Source of the DNA: Octopus sinensis
Lineage: Eukaryota
NCBI RefSeq assembly: GCF_006345805.1
Contig: NC_043003.1
Span: forward strand, 27,094,001-27,158,000
DNA length: 64,000 bases
Direction of reading: 5' to 3'
Part shown: in pieces, positions 14,006-27,129 of the stretch
Position numbering within the stretch: position 1 is the stretch's first letter
How the letters are laid out: each line of letters begins with the position of its first letter
Program-made: the position numbers and the translations under genes
The notes under the pieces: model-generated
What the model was told of the DNA's origin: nothing
The model's database searches: none
What the model saw: only the letters and a program-made list of their open reading frames with translations

Positions 14006-14320
14006 ACAAAGGAAATAAAGAAAATGCTGACAAAATAATATAAGTAATTTAAGTAATTTAATTAGGTGAAAGTTCTTTTTACCAGTTGCGCATTTGTTAT
14101 GCTTATCAAAAGATATTTTTTAAAGAGAAATAGAGTTCCTTTCTGATAGATGTTTTCCTCTTGTCTGACAAGAGGAAAACATCTATCAGAAAGGAACTCT
14201 ATTTCTCTTTAAAAAATATCTTTTGATAAGCATAACAAATGCGCAACTGGTAAAAAGAACTTTCACCTAATTAAATTACTTAAATTATTTTGTCAGCATT
14301 TTCTTTATTTCCTTTGTTAT
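14003..14320. repeat. Near-perfect fold-back palindrome (~160 bp arms, 1-nt spacer)
   Basis: Centre ...CCTCTTGTC-T-GACAAGAGG... at 14166. One ~9-nt indel between arms. Flanked by (TA)n. Confidence 0.95.
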
Positions 14321-14361
14321 ATATCACAACTCGTGTTCCACATCTCCTTTTTTAAATATAT

Positions 14362-14404
<43 letters not shown>

Positions 14405-14449
14405 ACGTGTGTGTGTTTGTATATACATATAAATATATATATACATTTA

Positions 14450-14860
14450 TGTATGCATGTTGCATATATGCAAGTGTGTACGTGTGCAGCATATGCATAT
14501 ATATACGTCAAATTTTCTAGCGTTTCCTATATCTGAGAAAATGTCTATTTCATGAGTGTTTATATCTTTCCTGATGAGATTGATGCTTAACTGACCATAA
14601 TTCTTTTTGTTGGACGTATTTTGAATGCATCCATCAAAACATATATAGGAGATATGCAGATATAAATGTTTTCATAGCAACCTGAGCGCTTGTCTCCTCT
14701 ATCAATATTTCCTATTTTCTCTTAAATACGACTTACTTATCCCGAATCAAACCCCACACAAGGGTGATCATTGTTTCCAAGGACACATAAGCAACATTTA
14801 GCTACGTTGTAATTATTGCCTTGGATCGTTCCTGTATATATATATATGTGTGTGTGTGTG

Positions 14861-14895
<35 letters not shown>

Positions 14896-14904
14896 TATGT
14901 ATGT

Positions 14905-14944
<40 letters not shown>

Positions 14945-15199
14945 ATATATTCATGTATGTATGTATATATACGTATGGACATATTTAAGCGCACATATAC
15001 ATACACACATATAGATATGCACACAAACAATTCACACATTATTCTATGAAAATCAACAGCTGTTTCTATTGAGTTACTAATATATAAACGATCTCCTTCT
15101 CTCGCCCTCCTCCTTTTGAACAGAACCAAACACAATTTTATTTATTCATCAGTTGATACCATCTGCCGTTCGATCCATACTTCTTTATTGGTTGATGTT
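14450..15199. repeat. Copy 2 of a ~0.7 kb local direct duplication
   Basis: Matches 6648-7351. Confidence 0.9.
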
Positions 15200-15212
15200 C
15201 TTGTTCTTCTTC

Positions 15213-15357
<145 letters not shown>

Positions 15358-16330
15358 GTCATTTACTTTTAAGCTGCATGTTTGATGCAATCACTTGCCG
15401 GGGCACACCCTAGGGCAAGTGAAGGTTAAGAGTTGTTGAAATATAGCTGAAAGCTTGGGGAGGGGAAGTAGAGAAATATCTCCATGTAATACAACACAAA
15501 CATTTACATTGATAGGGTTTTTCTAAGGATGTGAGCAGTACTTGTTAGCACAATCTTTTGGATTTCCTTGAGACACGGTTCTCCAGGGATATTGTCTAGG
15601 TGTTTCTGACATCCCTACAATAACAGGAACAGTTTTTGAATTAAGATTCCACATCTTTTGTATTTCGATTTCCAGGTCCTTATATTTACTAAGTTTGTCA
15701 AATTCCTTTACAGATATATTTTTATCAGTGGGGACGCTTACCTCTATTAGTCTGCAGGTATTTTCTTCCCTGTCTTTAACAATTATGTCTGGTCGATTAG
15801 CCTTGATCGTTCTGTCAGTGTTGACTGGAAAATCCCAGAGGATGGTGACATTTTTACCTTCAACAACTGGCTGAGGATGGTGTTCATACCAGTTAGCAGG
15901 AATGCCGAATTTGTAGTGTTTACATATCTTCCAATGTATATACTGTCCTACCCTATCGTGGCGATTTTTGTATTCGTTTGGTGTCAGCACAGGACATCCC
16001 GAAACGAGATGGTCTATTGTTTCGTCAAATGTGTCGCAGAATCTGCATTTAGGGTCAGTACCGTTTCGGAGAACGTTAGCCTGGTAATTTCTGGTAAACA
16101 AGCTTTGATCTTGTGCTGCCAGTATGAAGCCTTCAGTCTCTGCTTTCAATCCTGAACTCTTCAGCCACTGATGAGTTGTTGCTTGGTCTACATCAGCATT
16201 TTGGCTTCGGAGAATATATTGTCCATGCAGGGGCTTCTGGCCCCACCACCTCTCAGTTTGATTCTGCCCGTTCTTTTTTGCAATCTGCTTGATTCGCTTT
16301 GCTTGCTTGGTAGCAGTGGTTTCCAGCTCT
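15358..16330 (-). mobile_element. R4/Dong-like RLE non-LTR retrotransposon 3' portion
   Basis: LKAETEGFILAAQDQ, CCHC knuckle CRFC..ETIDHLVSGC, RHD, and PDIIV..IEVSVP..KYKDL endonuclease. The 3' end runs into (TAA)n, the known Dong target. Confidence 0.9.
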
Positions 16331-17098
16331 TCACTGATAAAGGGACCAGCACTCAAACCCGTACAGGAGGGTGGATACTCAGGTAGCTCGATAAACGGGG
16401 ATTTTTGTGTTTGCTCTAAGATTCTTGTTCCCAAAGACTCGTTCGCTGAGTCTCCCGAAGATGAAGAGGCCAACTTGATCCGACATAGTATCTCTTCAGC
16501 GAGAAGTCCATTGTTAGAGACCATACTTCCACAATGGTAGAATGAGTCTGCTTGCGATAGAGGAGCACTATCAATAAGGACAGGTTGAGGAAGAAGTGGG
16601 ACTACTGGGAGGCTGATTGGAGAACTTTCAGTTTCTCGGTGATTCGCTTGAAAGCCGAGCCGAGAATAGACACTGTTCATTGAGTTCGTCATGAGTTGAA
16701 GATAGGCGGGGTGGGTATGAGATAGTGCAACAGAACCGTTTGCATGCTGAATCTCGTACATCTTGATTGAGAGGGTTTTGATGTGAATTTCAGATGATGA
16801 AAGCTACCATCATCATGGTACTTCCGTTTTATTTGGCGATCCGTCTCCTGAAAAAAAAGGTTTACAGCCACCAAATAAATGTTAAACAGCACATGGGCAA
16901 GGATGCATCCTTGTTTTATCCCCACGTGGACATTAAAGCTTTTCCAGGTTTCACCGCCGATTTTAATTCTCGTTTGCATACCATCATGAGAACTTCTGGA
17001 CGATCGGGAGAAACGTTGGCGAGAAACGAGCGCCACCACACAGGACGCTTGACTGTGTCATACATCTTTGTTAGATCGATAACCTCTCTCTCTTTCTT

Positions 17099-17149
<51 letters not shown>

Positions 17150-18880
17150 GCTGTTCACGACATTTTTCAAGAAGACAGATCACATGCATTATGTTAGAAG
17201 TGTTCCTTCTGGTCGAAATCGACACTGGGACTCAGGCAGGACCAAATAGACAACATAAAGTAGAAGACGACGAAGGAGAATAGGAGATAGGCTCTTGTCG
17301 GGATCACTCAGAAGACATTCACTTGCTGCTGCCGCACTCTGCACGGTCTCCTTTGCACTTATAGATTGTGACAATATTGGAGTGTTTCTATCTGTCAGGT
17401 ATAGTCTCTCCTTGTCAACAGAGAAGAAAAAAGAGTAAAGATGGGATGTGAAGTGAGGTTCATCGTACTTGCAGATCTCACCTGGGATCCCATCATCGCC
17501 GAGAGACTTCTTGTTTTTGAGACCGTAGATGGCCTGTTAGACCTCATCAAGTATTGTCAATCTTTTTCACGATAGGAAGGTCCCTGGGGGTTGACCCATT
17601 TCAGAAGTTCTTCAGAATGTTTGATCCACTTGTGAAGTATCGCAGTTTTCTCTTTTAATAAGGTTCCATTGGGTAATATTTCCGGAGCAGTCACTTTTCT
17701 GCATGGCCCGAAGATCGAACCATTGAATCCGTAGGGTTTGTTCTCGTCTGCAAAACGTTGAATTTCTTCTGCCTTTCTAAGCCACCAATTTGACACGTTG
17801 TGCAGTGGCATGAGCATTCTTCCAATTTTTGCGCAGGACTGCAGAGCTCGGGTTGAACTGCATTGCGGTGTTTGTTCTTCTGGGATAGGAAAGGTTATAT
17901 GACCTCGGTCGATTCATCAAACCAGTCGGGATTGCGATGTGTAGTTGTTCCAAGTGTTGATCTAGCAGTGTCTTCTAGAATATTGAGGGATGAGTCACAG
18001 AGGTTGTTGTTTCTCTCTTGGGTGAGGTCAGCAGCCGCAAGAACTGGGATAGGCGTGAGCCGATCTTGAATCCTGCATTGAAACTGAGTAGCAATGTCAA
18101 GACGAGGAAAGGGCTGCGATTTTCCGATTGGAGGCCCCAAAGTCAAACGAACAAGAGATCTAATCATTCGATGGTCGGTCCCCTCAAGCATCCTTATACT
18201 CCCCTTGTCGAGCAACCACATAGGCACGAAGGTGCCAGGATTTAGATCGGGGTTGCATCTAGGATACTTTGTAAAAACCGTACTAGTAATGACCAGTCTA
18301 TGTTAGGAACAGAGAGATAGAAGACCAAGTCCATTGGCGTTCGTTTTCCCAACTCCGTGATGATCAGTAATACCGGGTCAGATGATTTGACCGATCCTGG
18401 TATTGAAATCTCCTTGTAACCTTCTCCTAGTTCAGTGAGAGAGCCTTCCTTTAAGCGCGTCTCGCTAAGAGTCACTATGTCGACGTCGTAACGTTTCAGC
18501 TCAGATGCAACTAGAGCAGTCCTTCAATGAGGTTCATCTGAGTTAGGAAGATCAAGTAAGGTCCTACATTCGAGGAAGAAATTGACACTTTCTTGAAGTT
18601 TCGACCGCATTAGATGGGTGACTTGTCAGGTGAGGTTTTCTAATGGGGTAGAATGGGGCAAGCTTTGATTGGGCCTCTTTTTCTAGGACATTCCTCGGAC
18701 TGAGGTAGGCAATGCCTTTTCTAAATAGAGCTGCCTAAACATATAAACAAGACCAAAGAAGACTGCTGTACCCATGCGCAGACCTCAGTGACCATCTCAC
18801 TCATACCGCCACCATCCATGCTTGCCTCCATCATCAGAGGAGTAGTGGTTTAGAGGTGGTTCCAAACTTCTCAAAATCCT
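16331..18880 (-). mobile_element. Degraded RTE-clade LINE
   Basis: Remnants TLSETRL, TDHRMIRS, WWLRKAEEIQRFAD, IDLTKMYDTV and GIKQGCILAHVLFNIYL, with many indels. Confidence 0.85.
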
Positions 18881-18914
18881 GGAAATCCTGTAAGAGGATA
18901 TACATATATATATT

Positions 18915-19092
18915 CTTTTATTTTTTTATTTGTTTTAGTCATTTGACTGCGGCCATGCTGGAGCACCACCTTTAGTCGAACAAATCGACCCCAGGACTCA
19001 TTCTTTGTAAGCCTATTACTTATTCTATCAGTCTCTTTTGCCGAACCGCTAAGTTACGGGGACATAAACACACCAGCATCGGTTGTCAAGCG

Positions 19093-19156
<64 letters not shown>

Positions 19157-19359
19157 GGAGGCAAGCACAGACACACAAACATATATATATATATACACGA
19201 CGGCTTCTTTCGGTTTCCGTCTACCAAATCCACTCACAAGGCTTTGGTCGGCCCGAGGCTATAGCAGAAGACACTTACCAACAGTGCCACGCAGTGGGAC
19301 TGAACCCGGAGCCATGTGGTTGGTAAGCAAGCTACTTAACACACAGTCACTCCTGCGCC
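18915..19359 (-). mobile_element. tRNA-headed SINE family 1
   Basis: Head GGCGCAGGAGTG(G/A)CTGTGT..GGTTCAGTCCC carries A and B boxes. Copies at 30074, 58300 and 61165. Confidence 0.85.
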
Positions 19360-20018
19360 TATAATATATAATAAATTAGAGATGAAATGTTCATAAAGTC
19401 ATGGGTAAGTAAGTGGTAACCAGTCACATGAAGATGTCAAAATGAATTCGACTTCCTTCATCAAGCGAAGATGCATTCCATATAGTTGTGCTTGTAAAAA
19501 TAAATTGTCAAAGGGAGAAAGCAGAACAAGATTAAGAGTGGCGGAAAGAGGAAGAAGAACAGCCTATAAAAACGAAGGAAGAAGGACAGAATAGAAGAAA
19601 GATAAAGAAGAGAGAAGGGAAGAAGATAAAGTTAAAATGAACCTAGCGAAAGGGAACGTCACGGTTGGAAAAGGTAATGAGAAATAGATCGTAAGTCAGG
19701 AATGTTAAGTGACCGGGTACTGGTGCTTACTTGGATAAAACGTAAAGAAATTCAGCCACAATTAAGAGAATTATAAATAGTAGAAATTACTAAAACTTTA
19801 TACAATGAGCAAATATGAAATAAAACTTATGTTTACATGAGAAGATTACATCAGAGAACTTAGGTGGGATGTATAAAGATGTCCATTTGGTGTACGCAGC
19901 AGAATTCACCAAACACAACTTGAACACAAATATTGTTCAAACCGTTAAATAAACAATCAATAAACATTGCGCTCTTCTACGAATTACGTCAATCTTTATA
20001 AAATAATAATAATAATTA

Positions 20019-20092
<74 letters not shown>

Positions 20093-20451
20093 ATTATTAT
20101 TGTTTAAAATTTTGGCTCAAGGTCAGTTATTTCGAGTTTGGGGGTAAGTCGATTACATTCACTCCGAAAGAACGAAATGCTGGTGAGCACTTTGACCGGC
20201 GTACTAGCAATTCTGCCCCAAGTAGTGTCCTTTTGAAGCACATCTGCTTATTCTAATGCAACCAAGTTGTATGATGATACTATATTTGTGTAGGGTATTT
20301 TTTGATACACTATCTGAAGTAGGAGATCAAGAGATATCTTACACGTTTGTCCTACATGTACAAGTTTTGTGATTTATTCGGAAATGAAACACGTGCAATG
20401 GTGAATAAATAATGCAATTCTGTTTTGATATATATATATATATATATATAT

Positions 20452-20736
20452 AAGAATTTTTTGCGTAATAAGATAGAAAAAAACTAAGCTGTGTAGATAT
20501 TAGAGACGGCTCCGATGAAGGGATATAATTAATAATTATCCTAGAAACAGCTTTAATACCTTCTATCTAAAAATGCTCTAATATCTACACAGCCTTGGTT
20601 TCTTATCTTATTACAGAAAAAATTCTTATCCTTTATTCGCAATATTACCGAATCTGGAACTTAACTATGGTCTGTCTATAGCACTTATTCAGCATTACCT
20701 GACACCTTTGGGTCTAAATGACACCATTATCTCTTT

Positions 20737-20737
<1 letters not shown>
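20452..20737 (+). mobile_element. PLE-like pLTR with 5' inverted segment and degenerate hammerhead
   Basis: 20452-20505 is the reverse complement of 20575-20628. CCGAUGA-AGGGAUA..UAUCCUA-GAAAC-AGCU at 20512-20552. (TA)n on both sides. Confidence 0.65.
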
Positions 20738-20768
<31 letters not shown>

Positions 20769-20769
20769 T

Positions 20770-20800
<31 letters not shown>

Positions 20801-20801
20801 G

Positions 20802-20835
<34 letters not shown>

Positions 20836-21022
20836 TGTATGTATGTAGTATGTATGTATGTATGTATGTATGTATGTATAAAATTTGTTTATGGTAACAT
20901 TTAGAATATGCAGATAAGACGCCTATTATATTATGCCGTCTAATTATGCTGACTGGTGAGCCAATTTTTCAGGGTCACATTAGATTATGCCGATATAATG
21001 TAGGATAAACATAATAATAATA

Positions 21023-21112
21023 ATAACAATAACCCTAGGATGGAATTTATAAATATTGAATGCATCGCGATGCATTAAATATTCATAAATTCCATCATAG
21101 GGTTATTGTTAT
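21023..21112. repeat. Loopless 90-bp palindrome
   Basis: ATAACAATAACCCTAGGATGGAATTTAT...GCATCG|CGATGC...ATAAATTCCATCATAGGGTTATTGTTAT, with about 3 mismatches. Confidence 0.9.
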
Positions 21113-21173
21113 ATGTGTGTGTGTGTGTGTGTATGTGTGTGTATGTGTGCATGTTAGTGTTTGTGTGTGTGTA

Positions 21174-21220
<47 letters not shown>

Positions 21221-21349
21221 TTTGAGAAATGGTGATAAGTGACAATTTTGTAAATGATGATAATATTTTATAAGCTTAATACTTATAAGTGATCACTATG
21301 TTTTGACAATAAGCCCTGGACAAAAAAGTGTATTTTTTACATACACATA

Positions 21350-22012
21350 CATGATAGTTGTCTACTTCTTCTGTAGAGTCTGACCACTTCTTGTACCAAT
21401 ACCATAGGTCCATCATGGCGTGTGATGTGGCTTTTTAAACCAGACAATGTATTGAAAAGTAACGCACATAGTTTGCATGTCCGATTTGGACTACCAAAAG
21501 CTGTAATTAAGTTCTGATCTTTGTGGATCTTTAACTGTCTTTGAGGTCTCCGTTAGATTTGCAGACTTTATGGCATACATAGCATTAAAAGGTGTGCACA
21601 GATGTATAGGCAGAATAGTTGGAGGAGGTTAGGATATTTGAGCTCAACAAAAGAAAGACACGATTGTCACAAACTGTGCGCACAAAAGGTCATTGTGATT
21701 CACCTTTTCAATCCTAACAAACTTCTTTAAATATCTCTTGAGTCTTGCATGCGTTATTCTGACCTCTTCAAACAATTTCACTCCACTCCGCATTTTTTAT
21801 TGCCACCCAGCTCGATCCGAAGCAAGGATCCATTTATCCTCTGGATCCATGTCCTCTGGATCCATTTCAAGTGACTTCATGGTAGTCCTTATGCCATCCT
21901 TAAACCTCTTTTTCTAAGTTTTCACCAATAGCGTTTCCTCTCTGCAAGCTTGCCAAAAACAGCTGATTGGGTATGCGTTCTTCCGCCATTCAAATAATAT
22001 GGCCAGATATGC
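21350..22012 (-). mobile_element. RTE LINE 3' end with C2H2 zinc fingers
   Basis: Minus strand gives RIPNQLF..., CYVCHKVCKSNGDLKRQLKIH and CKLCALLFNTLSGLKSHITRH. Confidence 0.7.
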
Positions 22013-22087
<75 letters not shown>

Positions 22088-22091
<4 letters not shown>

Positions 22092-22413
22092 AGAAGAAAA
22101 TGGAGGAAAAATAACAGGAAGAAGTTGGTCGTTTGCGCTAGTAAGCCGTTAATTTAATTAATTAATAAAAAAAAGTGGTAGTAATAGCACGACTTTTCTT
22201 TATTAATTAAATTAATGGCTTACTAGCCAAACGACCAACTTCTTCCTGTTATTTCTCCTCCATTTTCTCCTTGCATATAAGTTAAACTACGGTTTACCCG
22301 CTGAATTACCTACTACCGTATACCTTTTACCAAGGACTGGACCTACGCAGGTAACCACCAGGAGCGCCTTTGGATTTAACCATTCCTTAGAGGTTTTTAA
22401 CAGCTCTAACATA

Positions 22414-22415
<2 letters not shown>
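22088..22415 (+). mobile_element. PLE-like insertion with 5' inverted arm
   Basis: 22088-22175 is the reverse complement of 22192-22275. Bounded by (TA)n on both sides. Confidence 0.6.
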
Positions 22416-22484
<69 letters not shown>

Positions 22485-22599
22485 ATAGTGTCGTTAAAAA
22501 CCTTTGTAATCAGTCCCACATGTGTGTATGTATGTATGTATGTATGTATGTATGTATGTATGTATGTATGTATGTATGCATGTATGTATGTTTTAGGTA

Positions 22600-23706
22600 T
22601 GTATTCTCATGCATAGAGTTGCATATCTAGACATGCTCCTACATATTTAAATGATAAACTTCTGGAAGGTCTTACAGATTTTTACAGTTCAAGTGATGGA
22701 TTGGATCTGTAGTCTTCGAATTAGCTTTCTTCTTCCTGCTTTTGAGAAGCCTAATTTCTCAAGATTTGTATTTAGGTAGTATGTTACATATCCCAGGGCC
22801 CAAATAATTACAGGTATTAACCTGAACTTGTAATCTGGATAGAGTAACTGCAGATTTCTCAATAGTTCAGCATAGGCGTTCTCTTTTTCACTGATCTTCA
22901 GCTTTATGTTAACATCCGCTGGGCAGCAAATTGTGCACAACTGTGCACAGTTTCTCTTTTCTGTTCCAAATCCTTATATCAGGTCTGTTGTGCTTACATT
23001 CTACTGAGGTCTTCACTGATACATTCCACCAGTATTCTTTTATATTATGTGTGGTCATTGCCTCTACCATATTGTGGGTTCTTATTTCTCTATAATGAAA
23101 TCCGTCGGAAGGATAATCTCGAGATTATCCTTCCGACAGATTTCATTATAGAGTGTCCTAGCTACAACATCATGTCTCTCAGTAGATATTATCGTGATGA
23201 CATTTTCGGACAACTGCTTATGATGTGGGTGCTATCTTCAGTGGGAACTCCACAAAATCTGCATTGGTTGTCACATTTTACCGCTTTTTCTGCATCTCTA
23301 TTCCTTTTGTGCATCAGGTATTTGGTTGATATTTCCTGTTCCTGGATTGCAAACGCATACCCTTCAAAGTGTGAGATAGTAATCCGGTTATTGGTCCATG
23401 ATGAACTGCTTCGATGATCGATGTCCATGCATAAACATGACCATACTAATATATCCATGCATATTCTTCTGATCATACAGGCTCATCCTTTCATCTGATG
23501 ATACGTTGTGGTAGAGTCGTGCGACTTCTTTGAGCATGTATACTGGGTTATCAGACAAAGAGTGTTGCTCAAGGAGCTGCCTTCCAAGTCTTATGATGTT
23601 ATCAGCCTCGTGTATGCAAACTTGGTCAAGGGATGCACTTCGACATTTGGTGGTTTAAAAATGTTGCCGAAGGGATATGATGCGAGGTTCAAAGTCATTT
23701 TGGATC
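22600..23706 (-). mobile_element. R4/Dong-like RLE retroelement fragment
   Basis: SHFEGYAFAIQEQEI, CRFC..HIISSC, PDI, CPADVN..KENAYAEL. Confidence 0.85.
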
Positions 23707-24319
23707 ATGTATGTATGTATGTATGTATGTATGTATGTATGTATGTATGTATGTATGCGTGTATGTGTGTATGTATGTATGTATGTATGTATGTATGTAT
23801 GTATGTATGTATGTATGTATGTATGTATGTATGTATGTGTGTGTGTATGTATGTATGTATGTATGTATGTATGTATGTATGTATGTATGTATGTATGTAT
23901 GTATGCGTGTATGTGTGTATGTATATATGTGTGTATGTGAAAGAAGGAGAAAACATTGTGCGTCCTTCGTTTTAGACGTTTAAAAAGAATGAAGAGGTGT
24001 TTCTTTCTGGCAATGCGTGTGAGGAAAATAGCGTGGGAAAGAGAAGGAAGAAAAATCAGGTGAGCATGTGGCTGAAGTTAGAAAGAGAATGTGTAGCAGT
24101 CGAGAATATATTGTTCCCTGTAATGTGTGTGTGTGTATGTGTGTATGTGAGTGTGTGTGTGTGTGTGTTCATGCGTCAGCGTGCGTTGTGTGTGAGTGTA
24201 TTATACAGCATATACATGTGTGTGTACGCATATGTAAATATGCAGCAGAACCTATTAATGCGTGAATGTTTTGTGTGTGCGCATAATGAGATTGTTTTGA
24301 TGATAAGGATGCTGTAATC

Positions 24320-26495
24320 ACCAAGCCCATTGAAGAGAAGCACAAGTTTTATGAGAAGCGCCTCGTGGAAGAGGTTTCAAAGCAGGCCACTTTGAAAAAG
24401 CCTTCAAGGAAGCAAAGTCAAAACTGAAATGTACCACTCGAAGAATAAAGAATAACTGGTGATCTAAAGTATCAGCGGAAATGTAGAGGGTTTATAACTG
24501 CAGAAACTTGAAAGTATTGCACTACTCATTAAGGCAAGCTTTTGGCCCACAGTCCACAAAAATGGCACCGTTGAAGTGAAAACGTGGACATGTCTTCAGC
24601 AAAGATCCAGAAAGAATCATGAATCGGTGAACTGAACACTTTAAATTTCTGTGTGATAACCCATCTGTTGTTTATGATGAAATTATTAATAGATTGCCGT
24701 AAAAAGAGATTATGACAGAAATGAAGAATAATCCCAAAATTGATGAGATAAGGTCTACTATGAAAGACGTAAACATAGGTAAAGACTCAGGTTTAAATGA
24801 GACACCTGTTGAGCTGCTTCGCTTTGGAGGATGTAATATTGCTACGGTCATTCATGGTTAGTTTTATCTTTATGGCGTGTCGAGTTTTTATCTCAGGGCT
24901 GGGTACATGCAGTGATGCCTTCCATTTTCTGTGGTAAGGCATCACTTCCAAGACTCAATGTGATGATTATCGTGACATAAGTCCACTCAAATCTATAGGA
25001 AACATTTTATCCAAGATTTTGCTGAACCTCCTATCAAAATCGATTTGCCATAGTGCCATCCCTAGGATCCAGTGTCGATTTAGAACTGGTTAGGGTACAT
25101 GGATACGATTGTTCCAGTCCGTCAGCCAATAGAGATGTATGCTGAGCAACGAGTACCGCTGTATCAAGTTTTGTGGACCTTTCTAAGGACTTCGATACTG
25201 TTAATCGTAGTTCAGTGTGGCTCATGTTGGGGAAGCTTTGATGTCCTCAATTTGTTGTAATTTTCAAAAAGCTTCGTGAAAACATGAGAGCAAAACTGAA
25301 CTTCAGTGGGACAACGATATCAAACAGGGTGACATTTCACTACCAACTCTGTTCTCCATATACTTTTCTGTACTACTTACAAATGTCTTCCTGCGATTTA
25401 AAATTTGCGACAAAGTTTTTAATCTGAGACGTTTCAACACCAAGTCAAAACACTGCACTCTTGTCGGAGAGTTCCTTTATGCTAATGATGCGAATGTTGT
25501 GGCTCATTCAGTGAAAGACATTCAGATGACAATGGACTTCTTCAACAGTGCATGCACTGCATTTGGTCTAAATATCCGTTTCAAATTTTGGTACAAGGTC
25601 AGCAATTTCGGAGTGGAGAGGACTACATTGATTACATCGACCCCAGTGATCAACTGGTCCTTATTTTATCGACTCCGAAAGGACAACTTTGATTTCGGCA
25701 GAATTTGAACTCAGAACGTAAAGACGGACAAAATGATGCTAAGCATTTTCTCAACGTACTAACGATTCTGCCACCTCGCCGCCTTATATTTGCTCTAAAT
25801 ATAACCATAAAGACAAAGGTAATTTAAACTTATCAGTTGGGGAAGTGTATGCGAAGCCTGTAGGGGGAAAGAGACTTGGTGTCATGAAAGGTTTTGTACA
25901 TCTTGGAAGCACACTTTGTAGAAATGATACCCTTGGGGCTGAAATACATCACAGTACTGAGATAGCAAGTGCTGCTTTCGGGAAACTTGTGAAACGAATT
26001 TAGTCATATCGTAATATCACGAGATACAAAGCTCGTTGTGTATGAAGCCCGTGTTCTTACAGCCTTGCTATACGAGTGAGAAACGTAGATAACTTACCGG
26101 CATCACATCAAGCAGTTGAAAAAGTTTCATTAGCATTGAATCCGACGCATCCTGAACACAAAGTAGTCCTATTATACATCTAACATTGTTGCAATTGAGA
26201 AGGCTGTAGCAACATTGAGAAAAGGATAATTTTGAACTAGATGCGTTGGGCTGGTCTTGTTGTCAGGATAAAAGACGGGAGGCTACCCAATCAGATATTT
26301 TATGACGAGCTGACCCAAGGGGGAAAAGCCTCAACATAAACTCAGGAAGCGGTTTAAGGATGTCATAAAAGGTAAGAACCTGGAGATTGATATGGATAAA
26401 TGGGAGACATTGGCAGAAAGCTAGAGATCGTGGAGAAAGTCTGTCCAGCACAGATCTCGAGCCATCGAGCAAAAACGGACGGAGCATGCTGCTAC
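24320..26495 (+). mobile_element. Degraded RTE-clade LINE (interrupted by a SINE at ~25580-25785)
   Basis: FVDLSKDFDTVNR, GVKQG-like remnant, FLYAND, HLGSTL and RWAG remnants. Confidence 0.8.
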
Positions 26496-26728
26496 ATACC
26501 GTTCACTTTGTAGTTGTGGCTGCTTGGTAACCACTTGGTTCCCAACCACATGGTTCAGACTTGAGTTCCACTCTGTGACACTTTGAAAAAGTGTATCCTA
26601 CTATAATCACGGGCCGAACTGTTACTCCGTCGAAGATTGTGTATATATGTTCCTTTCACCGCCATCTAAGAGATACAATGTCTTAGATACATACATGCAA
26701 CTATAAACATACCTATACTTATGTACAA

Positions 26729-26948
26729 GGCGGCGAGCTGGCAGAAACGTTAGCACGCCAGCGAAATGCGTAGCCGTATTTCGTCTGTCGTTACGTTCCG
26801 AGTTCAAATTCCGCGGAGGTCGACTTTGCCTTTCATCCTTTCGGGGTCGATAAATTAAGTACCAGTTAGACACTGGAATCGATGTAATCGACTTAATCCC
26901 TTTGTTTGCCCCCTCTGTGTTTAGCCCCTTGTGGGTAGTAAAGAAATG
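26729..26948 (+). mobile_element. tRNA-headed SINE family 2 with 15-bp TSD
   Basis: GGCGGCGAGCTGGCAGAA..GAGTTCAAATTCC head. TSD TATACTTATGTACAA at 26714-26728 and 26949-26963. Other copies at ~25580(-), 46440(-), 47305(+) and 54150(+). Confidence 0.88.
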
Positions 26949-27031
26949 TATACTTATGTACAAGCACACACAATCACATAAACACGTATACACACACATA
27001 TATATATATATACGTATAATCACACACACAC

Positions 27032-27083
<52 letters not shown>

Positions 27084-27129
27084 GGAGGAGGAGGAGGAGG
27101 ATGATGATGATTGATGATGATGATTATGA

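Noticed and set aside
15523-16761. 412-aa ORF as a novel gene
   Set aside because: Chance fusion of an out-of-frame degraded RTE segment with an R4/Dong-like C-terminus at ~16330.
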